Virus record (IMG/VR): IMGVR_UViG_3300021387_000053
Direction: 5' to 3' (one strand)
DNA: 64,000 bases
DNA from: an uncultured virus (IMG/VR IMGVR_UViG_3300021387_000053)
Taxonomy: Duplodnaviria > Heunggongvirae > Uroviricota > Caudoviricetes
Shown here piece by piece: positions 59,560-64,000 of this stretch. A program made the translations under genes and the position numbers. The notes under the pieces are model-generated. The model did not search any database, was not told the origin of the DNA, and saw only the letters and a list, made by a program, of their open reading frames with translations. Every line of letters starts with the position of its first letter. The stretch's first letter is position 1.

Positions 59560-60303
59560 ATACTTAAACACATCCCCAAACGATATTTTTCTTCTTAATT
59601 TTCGCTTCTCTGCCAGAGTGAGACAGGCAGCGTTACCGTGACTGTAACCGGCTGGACATGAGGCATAGTGTATACATTCTCTGCACTCCACAAACAAGGC
59701 GATTCCCCCTTTGTTGTACTTGTGGCATCTTCTACTAAAGATACTTTGACGTTATCCGCACATTCTTCAAGAAGCTGTTGAATATAAGTGCAGATTGTTT
59801 GCTCATTTGCTTCCTCGCTGTAGAAATCCATTGACAGCCTGACATTCTATACAGCGGAGACTGTACGCTTCTCTTTCTTCTGATTCATTTCTTATCCCCC
59901 GTCTTATGTTCATAATCAAAACACATCAGAACCTCAACACATGCTTCATCAGGGTCTTTCTCGCACGGGTGAGGAGAGTCTTTATCATGCCACTTGCAAT
60001 GGTCACACAGACTGACTTTCTTTTCATAATCAGGGATCGTTACCTCTTTGATCTTGTAGTCGTAATCCCATCCGATATTGTGTTCGTTCAACCGCAAGTC
60101 CTGTTCAATTTCTTCTGCGGACAAGATATGGTGAGTGTTCAGTTCAAGCATTACCACTACTTCCATTGTTCTTCTCCTTTATGAGTCGTTTGTTAAACCG
60201 ATCAATTGCTCTGTAATATTCTGCGTCTGTCAAAAGGTTTTCCATCCAAAGGAACAGCTACATGTCCCCGCAATCAATAAACCTCATCCGATCTCTTCCT
60301 TTC

Positions 60304-60412
60304 TGACACGTACAAGAATCGAACTTGCATGGGTCTGCCCCGCCCAGTACCGACCCGAACGGTCTGCCACCCCTTTAGCGGGATGCCCTGTTACCAATGA
60401 GGCAACGTGTCA
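60304..60412 (-). ncRNA. tRNA-like RNA F with enlarged variable region
   Basis: TGACACG/CGTGTCA acceptor, D arm containing TGGTA, TGCAAG-TTCGATT-CTTGTA T arm. Confidence 0.6.
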
Positions 60413-60749
60413 TTTATTGCTGCTCTTCTCGCTTCAGGGAATGAATCCGGCTCTCCGTTGCTCGTTCTCTGATACTCATGTACCCACGTATAAGCAGCGT
60501 TGAGAAAGCCAGCCTTCCACTCTCTTGACTTGTAAACCAGGAACGGCTGATTCAGCAGATAAGCCTGGAAGCCTTCTTCGAACTCGCTCATCTCTTGTTC
60601 CTTCTTTCGTTTTTCATCTCGTCCTTGAGTACGGAAATGAATACAAGGAAACAAACAGCCCAAGTTATAATGACTCCAGAACAGTATCCTAAAAGAAATG
60701 ATCCCCAGTCCATCTTTCTCTCTCCTTAATCTTCTTAAATAATATGGCT

Positions 60750-60840
60750 TCAGCACAACAAGGAATCGAACCTTGTGCATCCCCGTGACTTAACTCTCAC
60801 GGTTACGAGAAATAGAAGCAGTCACCAGACCCTGTGCTGA
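60750..60840 (-). ncRNA. tRNA-like RNA E with minimal D arm
   Basis: TCAGCACA/TGTGCTGA acceptor, GTC-TGGT-GAC, ACAAGG-TTCGATT-CCTTGT T arm. Confidence 0.55.
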
Positions 60841-60876
60841 TTCAGATCTCCTTTCTGATCTTAGCCATATACAATC

Positions 60877-61099
60877 AATGCGGGTGAGGATTTGCACCTC
60901 ACATGTCAAAGCACTTCGGGCTGTTCGCTTCGCACATTTCTATGGCTATACTCTCGTTATAGCTATGCCGCCTCTGACTCCCCTTTAAGCGTCTACTTTA
61001 ACCGTGACCTGCGCCCCTGTGATCAGGTGTACTTAATTGAGAGACACGTCCTTATCTACTCTCCGCAGGAATGATGGTAATCTATTCCGCCACCGCATT
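60877..61099 (-). ncRNA. tRNA-mimic RNA B with 85-nt D-loop insertion
   Basis: Same acceptor and D-arm halves as RNA A; GTGAGG-TGCAAAT-CCTCAC T arm. Confidence 0.65.
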
Positions 61100-61928
61100 T
61101 AATCGTCTGTATCACCATCCGCACAAAACCAATGACCGGGATGACGTTGATCATATAAACGACAGTAACGATCATCACACGGGGGTATACACTCCTCGCC
61201 GTACTTACAATCTTTACAACGTACAATCACTGGCTCTGTTGACTCCGTCCAGAACGGATCGTCCGGCGGATAATCTCTCATGTCATAATACAAATCTTGT
61301 GCCATAACAACTCAATCTCCTGGGGGCTGATTCATAATCCAGCCTTTTCTGGCATAAACTCGCTTGCCACACTTCGGGCAACGTTCTCGCTGATTGTTTT
61401 CGAGATCGGACTGGAAACGTTCGCTTGCCGGGTTATACCAACCAGTCTCATCTCCACAATACGGGCAAACCGTATAACCAAACCCGTAATGGAAGACATC
61501 CTTCCAACGTTTCGGCTCTTTCTTCTTGTCTGCTTTAGCTTTCAGCGGACACTCGTCAGGGCTGCCGTCTCGCCAGTAATACCAGTTAACAAACATGTGT
61601 GTCCCAGTCTTAGCAAGCTCCCCACACTCCACATAATTACCAAACACATCCATCACATGCTTACAACCATAACAATTCGGTTCACTCATTTAGCCAACTC
61701 CGCCTTCACTGTCTCAACCATATCAACAAACAACATTGTTTCTTGGAATCCGCCGATAGGAACACCGCTGTTTAACTTATCGTATTTCTCAAGTGCTTCA
61801 TCGACATACTCAGCACCAAGGTTTTTCTCAACCCAATCGCCAAGCTCTTTCCGAAGATCGTACTTCTTATGCCTTGCAAGAAATTTCTTAAACCACATAC
61901 GCTGATTCTCCTAAACTGAATATAAGAA

Positions 61929-62075
61929 TGTGTGGGTTAGGATTTGCACCTAACAGGATAGCCTTTTCGCAGATGTAGGGTCGCATGACTTTCGTCCTTC
62001 TTTTCAAGCGGTAACGTTAACTCCGCTTTCGTGGCTATCTCCCTCTAGCCCGTTTACCTCTTCCGTCACCACACA
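61929..62075 (-). ncRNA. tRNA-mimic RNA C
   Basis: TGTGTGG/CCACACA acceptor, GAAGAGGTAAA D loop, GATAGCC/GGCTATC stem, GTTAGG-TGCAAAT-CCTAAC T arm. Confidence 0.65.
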
Positions 62076-62180
62076 ATTTGGTATTTGCCTTTACCCACGC
62101 ATGAGTGTTTGCTGCTGCCGATACCTCGACGGAAGTGGTTTTCATCCTTCCTGCTCTCCGAAGAAAGCAGCCGTTATTCT

Positions 62181-62288
62181 TATGCGGATCAGGATTTGCA
62201 CCTGATAGGAGACGGAATCTCAAGTCCCCGTCGGTAACCCGCCATCTCAACTGTTTCTGTTTTTGTTTACCTCTTCCAACACCGCATA
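62181..62288 (-). ncRNA. tRNA-mimic RNA D
   Basis: TATGCGG/CCGCATA acceptor, TTG-GAAGAGGTAAA-CAA D arm, GAGATGG/CCGTCTC stem, ATCAGG-TGCAAAT-CCTGAT T arm. Confidence 0.65.
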
Positions 62289-63564
62289 TATTTATCTATC
62301 CGTTCAGGAATATTCTGTCAGAGTTTTTCTAAGCAAATACATGCACAAGTAATGAGCTTGCTCAATCTCTTCTCGTTCCTGATCCGTCATCATTGACTGC
62401 CATCGTGCGTACCTCTCGCACTTCAGAACCTCAAGCGCATCTTCTAATTGTTGTCTAGTTGGCGTTTCGCCGTATACGTATTTCTCTTCGAAGATCAACA
62501 TTGCACAATTTCGAAATGTGTACTGTAATGTGAACCGCACATCTCGCATGTCCCTTCTCCATATTCCAACTTCAATGGGTGACCGCAGTTCTTACATTTG
62601 ATTTCCTTGACTTCAACAATACTGGCTTGCAATGCATAAATCTTATCGCCAACTTTTATCGTACTGATAAAGTCATCAACGTACTTTTCGCCTTCCGGCG
62701 TTTTAATATACGGCATTAAGCTCTACCTCTTTTTGCAATGTTTTGTACCATATTTCCAAAGCTTTATCTGCTTCGTCGTTGATACGCTGCTCACTGATGT
62801 CGAGACTGCCACCCCATGTTGCCCTGATAATATTGTCGATGCACCAGTCAGTGAGCCTGATCATAACGCAAAGGTTTTCATACCGCTTTGAGTTCTCATT
62901 GTGGTCGCAGTCTTCATCTGGTTCGACCTCGCCAACTACATTGCTCACAAGTTTAATTACTTCCTGAGCGGTAAGTTTATCTCTTGTCATGCGGATTCTC
63001 CTCATCGAATGCCAAGCAAATAATCCAGTATCCCAGACCCAGAAGGATTCCCATGATCGCAGTTGCCACATAAGGGTTCTCCTGTATTACTCTCACAAGC
63101 TCCATTGTCCTCACCATCCTTCTTTATGTAAGCGAGGATTGCCATTGTTTCATCTTGAGAGCCAGCCACACGCTTGAGAGAAACGATCTCATATATATTG
63201 TTTTGAGTATCCAAGCAAATAACGGGAACATTTCCTCGTACATCCGTAAGACCTTTGATCATGTTTAATTTATTCATTGTCCTCACACCCTCATGTACCC
63301 AGTCTCTCTTCGCAACGTGTTCGCTGCCTGTCGCATCAGATTACTCATACAAGATCTGCCATCCGCTTTACCTTCTGCGGAATAACGACATTCTCTGCAA
63401 TCCCGTTCATCGTTTTTACCAGAGCAAATCTCCAACATCTCAATCAGATCTCTTGTGTCCATCTCTTTACCTCACTCTTCGAAGAAAGGACTGGGTATGT
63501 AGTACACACTGATGCAAGCCAGTCCAAAGATTAACGTAACAATACACAATGTCTCAATCATCTG

Positions 63565-63900
63565 TTATATCGTTTCCCTCATCTTTGCACCGCATCCTGG
63601 GCAGTGATCGAACTCCAGTTCTTTCTCAAAGTTCTTTCCGTGCCATCCACATTTACTGCACTCGTAATGTCCGTGGAATTCAGGGGGCATCATCCCTTCC
63701 ATCTTTACCCAACAGGCTTTCTTAATCCCAAGGATTTCATCCGTCATATCACCTTCAACAACAAATTCAGTGTCGGGATTAGTGACATAAATATTGGTAT
63801 TGTCATATTGCGGGTTATAGAAAAAGTACAAGATTTGATCCGTATTAATCTACGTAGGAGTACTCTGATTCCTCTCTTTAACCTGAATAAACCTAGGCAT
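63565..63900 (-). CDS. Hypothetical protein with C-terminal Zn ribbon, TAG at 63850-63852
   Basis: MPRFIQV...PT*INTDQI; YECSKCG...HCPGCGAKM. Confidence 0.7.
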
Positions 63901-64000
63901 TATTTGTCCACCTTCTTTACAATGTCTGCTATTTCATTAAGTGCGGTTCTCTGTGACCGAATAATATTTACTGCCCGGTCAACAGTAAGCATTCTTCGTT

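Larger units (their letters stand above)
53167..64000 (-). other. Dense array of small co-oriented early-type hypothetical genes, many with CxxC Zn-ribbon motifs, interspersed with tRNA-like RNAs
   Basis: More than 30 tightly packed ORFs of 50-190 aa, frequent start/stop overlaps, TAA/TGA stops; paralog pair ending at 58213 and 63002 (GNVPVIC motif). Confidence 0.8.

Overview
A 64-kb segment of a large, probably temperate, tailed siphovirus-like phage; strong AGGAGG/GAGGTG Shine-Dalgarno sites suggest a Firmicutes (Clostridia-like) host. The + strand carries a tRNA cluster and then packaging, head, tail, fibre and lysis modules (about 3.5-49.6 kb). The - strand carries an NlaIV/NgoBV-like type II restriction-modification pair, a tyrosine integrase and many small early-type genes. 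Main result: the ORF track is fragmented because TAG is a sense codon. Essential genes rejoin in frame across TAGs, and every credible gene then ends in TAA or TGA. The residue encoded looks like leucine, not the glutamine of known code-15 phages, based on three in-window paralog/repeat alignments, membrane-helix positions and recalled family motifs. Other notable items: a family of anticodon-less tRNA-mimic RNAs, a tRNA-Ile(UAU) with a long variable arm, repeat-bounded fibre cassettes next to a second tyrosine recombinase with a symmetric divergent promoter, and a -1 frameshift in the tail chaperones. Protein family calls come from recalled motifs, not database searches. CDS coordinates assume TAG read-through; * marks an in-frame TAG.
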